Assembly: GCA_043228905.1 (NCBI GenBank) | Contig: JBHGNT010000016.1 | Coordinates: 5,022,001 to 5,086,000, forward strand | Reading direction: 5' to 3' | DNA length: 64,000 bases | From: Azolla caroliniana | Lineage: Eukaryota > Plantae > Polypodiophyta | Part shown: positions 50,601-63,724 of the stretch, piece after piece | Numbering within the stretch: the stretch's first letter is position 1 | How the letters are laid out: each line of letters begins with the position of its first letter | Notes under the pieces: model-generated | Database searches by the model: none | Seen by the model: only the letters and a program-made list of their open reading frames with translations | What the model was told of the DNA's origin: nothing | Program-made: the position numbers and the translations under genes

Positions 50601-52965
50601 ACCTAGTTGACCCTCCCCGACGATGTAAACCGATCGGATGTAAGTGGGTGTACAAGATAAAGTACAATGTTGATGGTTCGGTTAACCGGTACAAGGCCCA
50701 GCTAGTGGCAAAGGGATACGCTCAAACCCACGGAATCGACTACGACGAGACCTTCGCCCCGATAGCGAAGATGATGACGGTTCGTGTGGTGCTAGCGGTT
50801 GTTGCGGCAAGGGGGTGGCATCTTCACCAAATGAACGTGAAGAATGCATTTCTTCAAGGCGATCTTGAAGAAGAGGTCTTTATGACCCAACCCCCCGGTT
50901 TTCAATCGGAGATGAAAAAGTTGGCGGTATGCCGGCTGAAGAAGTCACTTTATGGTTTGAAGCAAGCCCGCTGAGCTTGGAATGCAAAGATTACGCACCG
51001 GTTGCGTAAGATGGGGTTTGCGGCCTCCAAATCTGACTCTTCGTTGTTCATCCGGCAAGGTCCGGACGGTCCGGTTTGCATCTTGTTGTATGTTGATGAT
51101 CTAGTAATCAGCCAAGTCAAGTGCCAGCTGTCAGACGCATTTGAGATGAAGGACCTGGGGGACCTGAGGTGATCTGAACCCCCGATAGCATATTGCTCTC
51201 ACAAAGACACTATGTCTTGAATATGTTGGACAAGTTCGGCATGACAGAATGCCGACCTGTCTCAACACCCCTGGACTGGAACCAGAAGCTCTATCCCAAC
51301 TCCGGACCGGCCTACGATGAGAAACGGTTCCGAAAAATTGTCGGAAACCTTATATATTTGACCATCACCCGACCCGACATCAGCTACCCGGTCGGTGTGA
51401 TGAGCCAATTCATGCAGAAGTCGGCCGTAGAGCATCTTCAATGCGTGCACCAAATACTTCGGTATATGAGTGGCACGAAGGACCGGGGACTGTTATACCG
51501 ACGAGGTATAACCGAAGAGCTAGTTGGTTACACGCATGCCGACTGGGCCGGCGATGCATTAGATCGCCGATCAACTTCCGGTTACATGTTTTCCCTAGGT
51601 AGTGCGGTTGTTGCATGGAGCAGCAAAAAGCAACCAACAGTGGCTCTATCGAGCACTGAGGCTAAGTATCGGGGCGCTACTGTCGCCACCTGTGAAGCCA
51701 TTTGGCTTCGGCGACTGCTGCAAGACCTACGGATCGAGGTACTGACCCCGATCCTGATCTACTACAACAATATGAGCAGCATGCAGCTTGCCAAGAACCT
51801 CGTGTTCCATGCTCGCACAAAGCACATAGAAGTGCATTATCACTTCGTGCGTGAGCGGGTCCTGAGCGGTGAAGTAGAACTTCGGTATGTTCATACAGAT
51901 CAGCAAGTTGCCAACATCTTCACCAAACCGCTCGGATTGGACAAGTTGCAACACTTCACCGAAATGCTTGGTGTTCAACATCTCGACGTGCCACACTTGA
52001 GGGGGAGAACGGGCAAAGGAAAAGAGACTGTCGATTGCGCCGGTAAGGGAAGAACTAACAAGGGGAGAGACAAGAAGAAGAAAGGAGCTGAGTCGGCAAA
52101 GGAAGTTGACACATTCGAAAAAGTCGGAACAAGCAGCAGCGGAGGCAGACTCAAGAAGGATAGAGCCGACCGGAAGAAGAAGGCCAAGACCCGGACATGG
52201 TCCGATGTGGTGAAGGGCCTAGAACCAGAACACGAATCGGGAGCGACCGATTCGGACAAGAGCTGGAATGAATCGGAGACAGCCGATTCGGTTCTATAGA
52301 AGGATTCGGAAGAACCGAATCAATTGAAGGCCAAGAGGATGAGAAGGCAGCGAAAGTCGACGCCAACACAAAGGAATCGGCGAATCGGCAAGAGCCGAAG
52401 TCATAGTAGCGAGGGAGCTGAATTGGGCTTGTTGAGCAAACAAGCCGACCGAGGAGGTCGAGGTGCGCAGGAACCGAAGGGTCGCGGCAAATGGGACCAG
52501 ACCAGATGAGGAGTGTGAGCGAGGTGGAGTGACACCAGAAGGAGCCAGGTGGAAAGACCCGCTACCATAGAGACTGACACTACGATCCGACCTCAAATTG
52601 AGCTTGATGAGGAGTGTTGAGTGGCAAGCTCCACCGGATCCGGATCGTCTGAATAAGCCTGAGCCGGATCGGTGACCTGGTGAGCAAGTGAGTCGATGAG
52701 CTGGGGAACCGGTTAGCCAGATCCATCAGTAATCGGAAGCCTAGTAGCAGCTAGACTACTAGGGACTTAATAGTCTCGTAGTCAATACCAGACGCTCGAG
52801 TGAGCATTGAAGTACCCGGTACTTCAGTCAATCCTCTCAGGACTTGTATAAATAGTGTTGTTGAGCACGTTTCATGTGAAGAGAACCATTATTTTTTTGT
52901 AATAGATTTGAACGTTTTTCTCTCTCTCGTTCTCTCCCAAGTACTCTCTGTATTCTGTGTAATAC

Positions 52966-53011
<46 letters not shown>

Positions 53012-53074
53012 GCTACGCAGCCAAGCTGTTGTCTTACGCTTCCGCACATACGCTTCCGCACATACGCTTCCACA
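47285..53074 (+). mobile_element. Ty1/Copia element #4, full length (sister family of #2 and #3)
   Basis: LTRs at 47285-47658 and 52615-53074, TSD GTTAA/ATTAA, PBS TGGTATCAGAG at 47659. Confidence 0.94.
47759..52620 (+). pseudogene. Copia gag-pol, disrupted
   Basis: Begins MDKGMASSLPTVKLDRSNY; protease WYVDSG, integrase, RT and RNase H with stops and deletions. Confidence 0.92.
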
Positions 53075-56000
53075 ATTAATATTTCGAACACGTAGGATCC
53101 GTGGTGCAATGGTAGTGCGTCTGACTCCATATCAGAACATTGCGTGTTCGATTCACATCGGGTTTAGTTCAGGAAGGTCGACCACAATGATGGACATATC
53201 CGTCGGCCTCCTAGGGCCATAACAATGTGTAGGATTCTTCATGCAATAGCTAAAGTATTCAATAGATCGTATTTCGAACACCTATAACGTGTTTGACTCC
53301 AGATTAGAACGTTGCATGCTCAATTCACGTCAGGTTCATTTCAGGAAGGTCGAGCACAATGACGGTCTTATCCGTGGGCCATAACAATATGTAGGATTCG
53401 TCTAGTTGGATAGTGCAGATAGGATATGTTGTGCAAATGGTTGCGTGTTCGATTCACGTCGTGTTCATTTTAGGAAGGTCAACCACAATGACGACCTTAT
53501 GCTTGGGCCATAACAATATGTAGGATCCGTGGTGCAATACCCAAGGCTTATTCAATAGTTCATGTTTCGAGCACGTACGATCCGTGGCTCAATGGTAGCG
53601 CCTCTAACTCCATATCAAAATGTTGTGTGTTCAATTCACGTTGGCTTCATTTCAGGAAGGTCGGTCACAATGATTTTCTTATATGTCGAACTTCTTAGGC
53701 CATAATAAGATGTAGGATTCATCATGCAATAACTAAGGCATGTTCGATAGTTCATGTTTCGAACACGTTGGATCCGTGGCACAGTGGTAGTGCGTATGAC
53801 TCCAGATCAAAACGTTGTGTGTTCGATTCACGTCGGGTTCATTTCAGGAAGGTTGAGCACAATTACTGACTTATCTATCGGCCATAACAATGTGTAGGAT
53901 TCCTTCTGTAATAGCTAAGGCGTGTTCGATAGTGCAACTAGTTGATTATTCGAACACGATCCGTAGCGCGTCTGAGTCCCTATTAGAAGGTTGCGTGTTC
54001 TATTCACGTCGGGTTCATCTTAGCAAGGTAGGCCACAACGATAATGTAGAATTTGTCGTGAATTTGTTCGATAGTGCAACCAGTTCATTTCTTGAACAAG
54101 TACGATACTTGGTGCAATGGTAGCACATTTGGCTCCAGAGTAGAAGGTTGTGTTTTCGATTCATGTCAGGTTCATTTTAGGAAGGTCGATTACAATGACT
54201 TTCTTATCTGTCGGCTTTCTTGGTCCATAACGAGATGTAGGATTTCTCATGTAATACCTAAGGCAGGTTCAATAGTTCATATTTTGAACAGGTAGGATCC
54301 CTGGAGCAATGGTAGCGCGTCTGACTCCATATTAGAACATCCCGTTTTTTATTCACATCGGGTTCAGTTCAAGAAGGTCGACCACAATGATGGACTTATC
54401 GGCCTCTTTAGGCCATAACAGTAATGTAGGAATCGTCATGCAATAGCTAAGGCATGTTTGATAGTGCAAGTAGTTTATTTTTTGACCACATAGGATCCGT
54501 GGCGCAATGGTAGCGCGTCTAACTCTAGATTAGAAGGTTACGTGTTCGATTCAAGTCGGGTTCATTAGGAAGGTTGACGAAAATGACGTTCTTATCCGTC
54601 GGCTTCCTTAGGCCATAACAAAATGTAGGATCCGTGGTGCAATGGTAGCGCGTCTGAGTCCATATGAGAATGTTGTGTGTTAAATTCACCTCAGGTATAT
54701 TTCAAGAAGGTCAACCACAATGACGAACTTATCAGTCAGCCTCCTTGGGCCATAACAATGTGTAGGATTTGTCGTGCAATAGCTAAGGCATGTTCGATAT
54801 TTCATATTTCGAACACGTAGGATCCATGGGCCAATGGTAGCGCTTTTGACTCCAAATCAGAACGTTGGATATTCGATTCACGTCGGGTTCATTTCAGGAA
54901 GGTAGGCCACAATGACTATCTTATCCGTCGACTTCCTTAGGCCATAACAAGATGTAGGATTCGTTATACAATAACTAAGGCATGTTCGATAGTTCATTTT
55001 TCGAACACATGGGATCTGCGGCGCAATGGTAGCGTGTCTGAGTTCAGATCAAAACATTGCCTGTTCGATTCACGTCGGGTTTATTTTAGAAAGATCGACC
55101 AAAATGACGGTCTTATCCGTGGGCCATAACAATATGTAAGACTCGTCATTGGTTCATTTCAGGAAGTTCGGCAACAATCACTTTCTTATCTGTCAGCCTC
55201 TTTGGGCTATAACAAGATGTAGGATTCGGCGTGTAATAGCTAAGGCATGTTCGATAGTTTATATTTCGAACATGTGGGATCCGTAGTGCGTCTAATTTCT
55301 AATTAGAAGGTTGCATGTTCGATTCAAGTCGGGTTTGTTTTAGGAAAGTCGACCACAATGACGGTCTTTTCCATCAGCCTCCTTGGGCCTTAACAATATG
55401 TAGGATTTGTCATGCAATAGCTAAGGCGTGTTCCATAGTGCGTTAGATCATGTTTTGGACACGTTGGATCCGTGGCGCAATGGTAGCGCGCCTGTCTCCA
55501 GATCAAAAGGTTGTCTGTTCAATTCACGTCGGGTTCATTTCAAGGGGCAGCCACAATAACTTTCTTATCCGTCGATCTCCTTGGGCCATAACAAGATGTA
55601 GGATTTGTCGTGCAATAGGTTGGGCATGCTCGATAGTTAATATTTCGAACACGTAGGATCCGTGGCGCAATGGTAGTGCGTCTGACTCCATATCAGAACA
55701 TTGCGTGTTCGATTCACATCGAGATTAGTTCAGGAAGGTCGACCACAATGATGGACATATCCGTAAGCCTCCTAGGGCCATAACAATGTGTAGGATCCGT
55801 GTAGCAATGGTAACGTGTTTGACTCCAAATCAGAACATTGCGTGTTCGATTCACGTTGGGTTCATTTTAGGAAGGTCGACCACAATGACGGTCTTATCCG
55901 TGGGCCATGACAATATGTAGGATAGTGCAAATAGGATATGTTGTGCAATGGTAGCGTGTCTAACTCCAGATCAAACGGTTGCATGTTCGATTCACCTCGG

Positions 56001-57018
56001 GTTCATTTCAGGAAGGTCGACCACAATGATGGACTTATCAGTCGGCCATAACAATATTTAGGATTCTTCATGCAATACCTAAGGCGTGTTCGATAGTTCA
56101 ACTAGTTTGTAGGATCTGTGTCGCAATGGTAGCGCGTCTGACTCCAGATCAGAAGGTTACGTGTTAGATTCACGTCAGGTTCATTTCAGGAAGGTCGGCC
56201 ACAATAACTTTCTTATCCGTCCGTCTCCTTAGGCTAGAAAAAGATGTAGGATTCATCGTGCAATAGCTAAGGCATGTTTGATAGTTCATATTTGGAACAC
56301 GTAAGATCCGTGGCGCAATGGTAGTGTGTCTGACTCCATATCAGAATGTTGCGTGTTGAATTCACGTTGGGTTCATTTTAGCAAGGTGGGCCACAATGAC
56401 GGAGTTATCGAGCGGCCTCCTTCGGCCAGAACAATGTGTAGGATTCGTTGTGCAATAGTTAAGGCATGTTCGATGGTGCAACTAGTTTATTTTTTGAACA
56501 AGTAGGATCTGTGGTGCAATGGTAGCGCGTCTAACTCCAGATCAGAAGGTTGCGTGTTCAATTCAATTCAGGTTCATTAGGAAGGTCGACGACAATGACG
56601 ATCTTATCAATCGGTCTCCTTAGGCCATAACAATATGTAGGATCCGTTGTGCAATAGCTAAGGCATGTTCGATATATTTTGAACACAGGATCCATGGTGG
56701 TAGCCCGTTTGACTCCAAATCAGAAAGTTGGATGTTCGATTCACATCGGGTTCATTTCAGGAAGGTAGGCCACAATGAGTTTCTTGTCGGTTGGCTTTCT
56801 TGGGCCATAACAAGATGTAGGATTCGTCATACAATAGCTAAGGCATGTTCGATAGTTCATTTTTCGAACACGTAAGATCTGTGGCACAATGGTAGCGCGT
56901 CTGAGTCCAGATCAAAACGTTGCCTGTTCGATTCACGTCGGGTTCATTTTAGAAAGATCGACCAAAATGACGATCTTATCCGTGGGCCATAACAATATAT
57001 AGGATTCTTCATTCACGT
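53075..57018 (+). repeat. tRNA-Trp-derived tandem array, segment 5
   Basis: About 20 degenerate monomers. Confidence 0.95.
54493..54564 (+). tRNA. tRNA-Trp-derived copy with CTA (amber) anticodon; probably a pseudogene
   Basis: Anticodon arm TCTAA-CT-CTA-GA-TTAGA is fully paired; acceptor and D arms are wild type; one T-stem mismatch. Confidence 0.45.
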
Positions 57019-57675
57019 TGTCGTGGAGAAAACCGGCCAGAAGCGGAATCGGCGAAGCAAGGCGCATGAACCGGCCCTACACCTTTCCACACGAATTAAT
57101 ACCTTGTACATAACTAGGAGTAGGATGATGGGTGTAAATAGACTAGATGTGACGCATTGAATGTCTAGGAAATCAAAGAGTATCTCTGTCTGAAAGGACA
57201 GAGAATCAATTGATGAAAACAAGGGTGCAACGGCCTGCCTCGATGGCCTATAAAAGGGATGGAAGAAGGCGGATGAAGGAATAGCGTTTAGGAGCGAGGA
57301 CGAAGTGCTGTCGGGGTGGGACCGAGCCCTCTCCTCCATCGTTTGTCATTCTTTGCAAGATTTCGGACTGAGTTGCCTCTGCTTTGTGGACAACCCGTGT
57401 GCTTCCGGCAGAGGCTCCACAGTGCAGTCGGGTTGTGTGCGTGTGTGAGCATCGTGTGTGTGTGTGTGTGTTCGCCTAAGTTGGGTCCGTTGCCGGCTTG
57501 CCGGTTGTAATCATTATTGATTTTGTAATTAAGACTTTGTTCGCTCTCTCTTCCTCCCTCTGTGTTTCTGCAAGCTCCTCTCTCTCTCTCTCTCTTCTTT
57601 CTCACGCTCCTTGGTTCAAGGCCCCTGCAGTCCCGCCTCTTTCCACACGCAAAGAGCATAACAACTGGATATAAT

Positions 57676-57690
57676 TGGTGAACCCGACGT
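57676..57690 (+). promoter_or_regulatory. primer-binding site complementary to the tRNA-Trp 3' end
   Basis: TGGTGAACCCGACGT is the reverse complement of ACGTCGGGTTCA+CCA and lies 4 nt after the 5' LTR. Confidence 0.93.
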
Positions 57691-57715
57691 AAAACAAGCG
57701 GCAAAGGAGTGAAGG

Positions 57716-60700
57716 ATGAGGGGATCCGAGCTTGTTGAAGCTATGGCCGCAGTCGTCGACCGGCTAGTGAGCGCTCACAAGGGAACGGGTGCCCTCGATA
57801 GGGCCATTGAGTCGATCGTCAGCACCATAGGTCGATTCGATGGGAAGAATGCCACGAGCTACTTGGAGGGCTACCGAGCCGAAATGATCATGAGAGATAT
57901 CTCAGTGGACAGGCGGCTGTCCAGATTCCCTCGGGTGATGATGCTGAGCATCCACGCAGAGGTGCTGGAGGTGCTGGCCGGATGCCAGACTTGGGAGGAG
58001 TTCGAGTTGCGGCTCCTCGAGATGTATGGGTTTGATGACTCGCTTCGCTTGTCGTAGCGAGACTTCATGGTGTGGGTTGAGAGCCCTGGGAAGGGGAGGA
58101 ACACGTCGGCGCTCCTCCAGGAGTTCGAAAAACAGTTCGCACAGCTGTCAACGCTGGACCGGACCGTGCTCGACACGAGCCGGGTACTACTATTCATCAA
58201 GTGGTGGACGCCACGGACCAGGAGAAGGTGGGTCTCCTGTTGGAAACGGATAAAGGGCTCACGACAGACTAGGCCATGGTAAGGAGGGTCTACGGTCGTT
58301 TCGACAAGCGGCGCGAGTGGAGCGACTAGGGCTCGTCGGCAGCAAGGCCGGTCCCAGCGAGGGAGCTCGAGGAGCCGATATCGGTACCGGCTAGGAAGGA
58401 AGAAACTCGGAGTTGGCTTGAGACGGGCTCAGGCCCGACCAAAGTGGTCAAAGGTCCCTCCAAAGGCGCAACTCTAGAAGAGCTGTCGCAGATGGTGCGA
58501 GATCTCCAAATCGCACAGGCCCGGAGGGACAACGGCGAACAGTTTCGTGACCGAAGGCCGCCGACGGGGCAGCGGTGCATGTCGTGCGACGCGGTCGGCC
58601 ACATCCGTAAAGAATGCACGGATTTCGCTGAGGCACTCGGGACCAACGTGGTGTACCTCTAGAACAGGTGGGTGCACGCGAGCGATACCCGGAAAGCCCT
58701 AGAATTGAATACGGGGCGCGGCGAAATGAAGCGGTTGATGGAAGAGGCCGCGACACAACATGCAGAGGTTGTTATCTACTCAGCATCGGCGGGAATCTGG
58801 ATCGGGGGCGATGAGGCCCGGAAAGCGAAGGACTTTGGATTCTACCTGTTGGTGCTAGAGGGTCTCTTCGGAGTACGGCTGAAGAGGGAAGAGCCAGACC
58901 ATGCGGAACAGCGGATTCGGGAGGTTACCGGATGGGACGACCTGGTGGAAGAAAGGACGGGCTTCGTGGCAGCCGCATGCCAGAACCATGAGGTTCTGGT
59001 AGAAGACAACCGCGCGGGAAAGGCCGGAGGGGGCAGCCCCTTGTAGCAGTATGAGACCTGGTTCGGACCCAAGCCGAATGAGGCCGCCAATGCCAGTGCA
59101 CCGGAGAAGAAGAAGTAGGCCAGTTTCCAGCTGAGCACCGAAATTGAACGAACAACGGACTTGCGGAAGGTCCTGGAAGAGAGAATTCTTGACAGCAAGG
59201 TCGAGTTGTCGTTACAGGAGGTGCTGGGAATCGCCAAGAAGGAGTTCCACGACTCCATCGTGGACTTGGTGAAGCGGAAGAGGCTCTCGACGGAGCCGGA
59301 ACCAGAGAGGCCGGTGGAAGTGCGGACGACGCACTTAGAAGACACGGCCATGGAGGATGAGTTGGTGGAAAGCCACTATGCGAAGCCGCATTGGGCTAGG
59401 GCCACTACGGAAACCCCTGTTCGGATCGGTGCCGTCCAGGAGCCGGAGGTGGCATTGGTATACCACAGTTCGGAGATCAACTTGATGTCCATGGACTTCT
59501 ATAAAAAGGGGAAATGGCCGATCAACACCAAGCACGGGTGGAAGATACGCGCGGCGACACGCACGACAGAGGAGTTGCATGGTGCGTGCCCGAACGTATG
59601 CATGAAGATCGGCGACGTCGAGATAGATCAGCATTTCTTCGTGGAGGAGACTTCCTTGCACCCGGTAATTCTCGGCAAACCGTACATTACGGCAGCACGC
59701 ATGGAGACGAAAGTACTGGACAACGGTTCGGCGTATGTGCGCGTCAAGAGCCAAGATGGTTGGCATTCCGTCCAATCAATGACAGTGTGACCCAACCACG
59801 AGAGGAACCGCGAGACCCTCGGCGGCGGTAGCCGAGGGGATTTTTAGAGGGGGCTATCAAGGTGTGGGGCCGCGATAGTTCGGACACCCCAAAAGAACCC
59901 CACACATGTATTATAGGTAGGAAATTTTGGCTCTCCGAAAACGGAGGTTGTACGTTAACCGGCATCAGTAGCCAGGAGAGGAAGCGGGCAAAGAGACGAC
60001 TTAGGGTGTGTGGAGTCCTCTCCCCCGACGAAGAAATTAGCGGCGTCGTGGAGGCGGTCTCTTTTGACGACACCTTGGGCAAATTACGAAAGGTGGTCGG
60101 TGAAGGCCTTAGCGAATACCGGACCGTTCCGGTTAGCTCGATGGGAATGTACGAAGTCATCGCGGACTTCGAGGAGAGGATCTGGTCGGATCGAACGGCC
60201 CGCATGGATACAAAGTATAAGACTATGGACCGGAAGGTGAGGCCAGTTGCGGCACCCTTTTTGGAGGGCAGCGGTGAGCGGATAAAAGAGGTCGCATCGG
60301 ACCCAAGTTTACGGAATCCAGCCAGCATAGGGCACCGGTTCACCGACATAACGCTACGGGAGCTCAAGGTTGGTGGGGGTGGCTTTCTACTGCAGGAGGA
60401 GGACCGATTTCGGAGGATGCTCGGAAGGCACGGGAAGGCCTTCGCATTCTCGCCGGAGTAGATCGGGTGTGTAGAGCCGACAATCGTCAAGCCAATGGTG
60501 ATCTTAACGGTACCTCATGTGCTGTGGAATCTCAAACCGATTCCGGTACCTAGAGCTCACATCCCAAAGCTGATGGAACTGCTAAAACAGAAGGTGGAGA
60601 TGGGCATCCTCGAACCGTCGAGTGCCCCATATTCGAATCGGTGGTTTACAGTGCCAAAGAAGAACGGCACAATGCACTTCATACAAGACCTGCAGCCGGT

Positions 60701-62989
60701 CAACAAGGTGACCATTCGAAGGTATCAGACCGACCATTGATGAGTTCGCGGAGGCCTTCGCAGGGAGATCGATCTACTCAGTCGGTGATCTGTACTCAGG
60801 GTACGATCAATTCCAACTAGCCGTAGAGAGCAGGGATGTCACGACAATGCAGACTCCTCTCGGCCTAGTTCGGATGTGTACCCTACCGCAAGGGGAAACG
60901 AATTCGGTAGCCCACATGGTGAACGCAATGAACAAAGTGCTAAGGGATTGTATCCCAGACATCACCATGTCGTTTTTGGACGACATCCCGATCAAAGGTT
61001 GTCTGATGGAGGACAAGGACAAGTCGGTCGGGCCCGACGGTTGCCGGAGGTTCGAGAGCGCGCGGCTCACCTTCTCCGGAGAGAAATCAGCGTTCGGGCA
61101 GACAGAGATCCTGGTAGTTGGACACCTGTGCGGGCCCTATGGCCAGAAACCGTCCCCGGCAAAGGTAGAAGCCATCTCCGTGATGAATGACGACTGGGGC
61201 TGGGTTACGGAGGTCCGCAGATTCTTGGGTGCATGCGCGTTCTACCACATTTGGATTCCGCACTACGCGCATGTCGCGGAACCGCTCTACGGGCTATTGA
61301 AGAAAGGGCATAAATTCGAGTGGAGAGACGAGCACACAGAGTCGGTTCGGAGACTGAAGGAGGCGCTCGCCGTGGCACCAGCTCTCCGAAAAGCGGTTTA
61401 CGGCAAGGAAGTCCCATTTACGTGACGGTGGACACGAGCCCGACTGGGATCGGGTGGGTGATCAATCAGGAGGGACAAGGACGGCGTACGGTTCCCGATC
61501 CGATTCAGGGCGAAGGTATTGAGCGAGCAGCAGCGAGGATACGCCCAAGTTAAGCGCGAGCTATGGGGTATCATTTTGGCAGTTAAGGCCGACAAAGACT
61601 ATATGATAGGGACAGAAGTAATCATTGAGGTTGATTGCCTACCGATTCTCAGTATGGTTTCAGGATGCGCGACGCCGGACCTGGCAATGCTCCGGTGGAT
61701 AGCGTACGTCAAGTCCCTGAATCCAGAAATGAGACCCATTTCCGGAAAGGACAACGCCATGGCCGACATGCTTTCAAGGGCGCGGTTCAACGATGAGGAT
61801 GGCATGGTTTCGGATAACGAAGAAGTCGGCGAGGACTTCTTCGGGTCGGCTAACATAACAACAAGAAAGGGGAGCACTCCCGCGCTTAACGAATTCGACG
61901 AGAGCAAGTACGATGGGGAGTGGCTCTAGATCGGCGGGTTCCTGAAGACAATGACACCGGAGGCGGCGTGGACGAAGGAAGAGACCAACAGGATTCGGAA
62001 GAAAGCGTACAGATTCTTCCTACGAGACGGGGGCATATGGAAGCACCTGAAGAAGAGAAATGGCATCCCGCTCCAAGTGGTGGCGAAGAAAGAGGATCAG
62101 GAAGAATTGCTAACGGCGTACCACGAGAGTCCCTGGGCCGGACACCGCGGGACGTGGGCCACATTCGAGAAGCTAAAGGGGAAGTACTGGTGGCCGGGAC
62201 TATACCAGGACGTGCATCGGTTTGTGACGACTTGCGAAAGCGGTCAGGTGCACTCCATAGTCCGACATCGGGACGAGCTTCACCCGACCTACCCTCTGAC
62301 CGTCCACTTCAAGTGGATGGTGGATCTGGTGACAATGCCGATGGGGATAGGGCAGATGCGGTATCTGATGCTGGCTCGGGAGGACCTGATGAACCAGGTC
62401 GAAGGCCGAGCGTTGTAGAACAAAACGACTGCAGCCGTGTGCCAATTTTTGATCGAAGAAGTGGTATGTCGATACGGATGCGTAGGCAAGATCGTGGCCG
62501 ACCGCGTGGAATTCGACGCATAAGAGGCGGAAGAGTTGTTTGACCGGCTAGGGGTTAAACTCTTGCTCACCAAAACGTACAATCCGGAGGCTAACGGGAA
62601 GGTGGAACGTGGACACGGGCCGATCGTCAAAGCGTTAGTACGGGCGTGTGGAGGCCAAGTCGAGAACTAGCCGCGGCCGAATGCATTGGCTACGACCGAC
62701 GAAGATCGAGGAAGGCGACTGGATGCTGGTTTACGGCAACAACCTCGACAACCAGCACAAGGCGACCCGCAAATTTGCGAGGAGATGGTTCGGGCCCTAC
62801 ACGGTGACGAGCACGAACGACAACGGCACGTACCATCTTGCGGAGCTCAACGGGACACGATTAGCAGTGCCGGTAGCCGGGAAGCGTATTAAAGCGTTCA
62901 AAAAGCGGTACGAAGACGAGCCGGAGCGGGGGGGCGATAACAACGACGCTCAGTTCGGGGACGTCGATAGTCCGGAGGGCGACAAGTGA
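57716..62989 (+). pseudogene. Gypsy gag-protease and pol (RT, RNase H, integrase), disrupted
   Basis: Knuckle CMSCDAVGHIRKEC, protease region 59400-59790, RT PQGETNSV..FLDD, RNase H VDTSPTGIG, integrase H-H-C zinc region and WFGPY module; no chromodomain. Confidence 0.92.
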
Positions 62990-63724
62990 ACGCAAGCCGG
63001 TTTTCTACAGTATCTGTCCCTCTCCTGCGCATAGCGGTGGATGCGTGGTTTGGTGGGGATGGATGTCGTGGAGAAAACTGGCCAGAAGCGGAATCGGCGA
63101 AGCAGGGCGCATGAACCGGCCCTACACCTTTCCACACCAATTAATACCTTGTACATAACTAGGAGTAGGACGATGGGTGTAAATAGACTAGATGTGACGC
63201 ATTGAATGTCTAGGAAATCAAAGAGTATCTCTGTCTGAAAGGACAGAGAATCAATTGATGAAAACAAGGGTGCAACGGCTTGCCTCAACGGCCTATAAAA
63301 GGGAATGAAGAAGGTGGATGAAGGAATCGCGTTTAGGAGCGAGGACGAAGTGTTGTCGAACTAGGACCGAGCCCTCTCCTCCATCATTCGTCATTCTCTC
63401 CAGGATTTCGGACTGAGTTGCCTCTGCTTTGTGGACAGTCTATGTGCTTCCGGCAGAGGCTCCATAGTGCAGTCGGGCTGTGAGCATCGTGTGTGTGTGT
63501 GTGTGTGTGTGTGTTCGCCTAAGTTGGGTGGGTCCGTTGCCGACTTGCCGGTTGTAATCGTTATTGATTTTGTAATTATGACTTTGTTCGCTCTCTCTTC
63601 CTCCCTCTATGTTTCTGCAAGCTGCTCTCTCTCTCTCTCTCTCTCTCTTCTTTCTCACACTCCTTAGTTCAAGGCCCCTGCGGTCCCACCTCTTTCCACA
63701 TGCGAAGAGCGTAACAACTCGACA

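Larger units (their letters stand above)
57019..63724 (+). mobile_element. Ty3/Gypsy element #2 with tRNA-Trp PBS, near full length, decayed
   Basis: LTRs at 57019-57671 and 63064-63724, 4-bp TSD ACGT/ATGT, PPT at ~63052-63063. Confidence 0.95.

Noticed and set aside
37585-53079. Site-specific targeting by the Copia elements
   Set aside because: Their TSDs and positions differ (TTATC, CTATG, TGTTC, GTTAA, and CTAAC outside the array); at most a regional preference.
31205-62630. Numerous antisense and overlapping ORFs in the retroelements
   Set aside because: Shadow ORFs of GC-rich gag-pol sequence with no recognisable domains.
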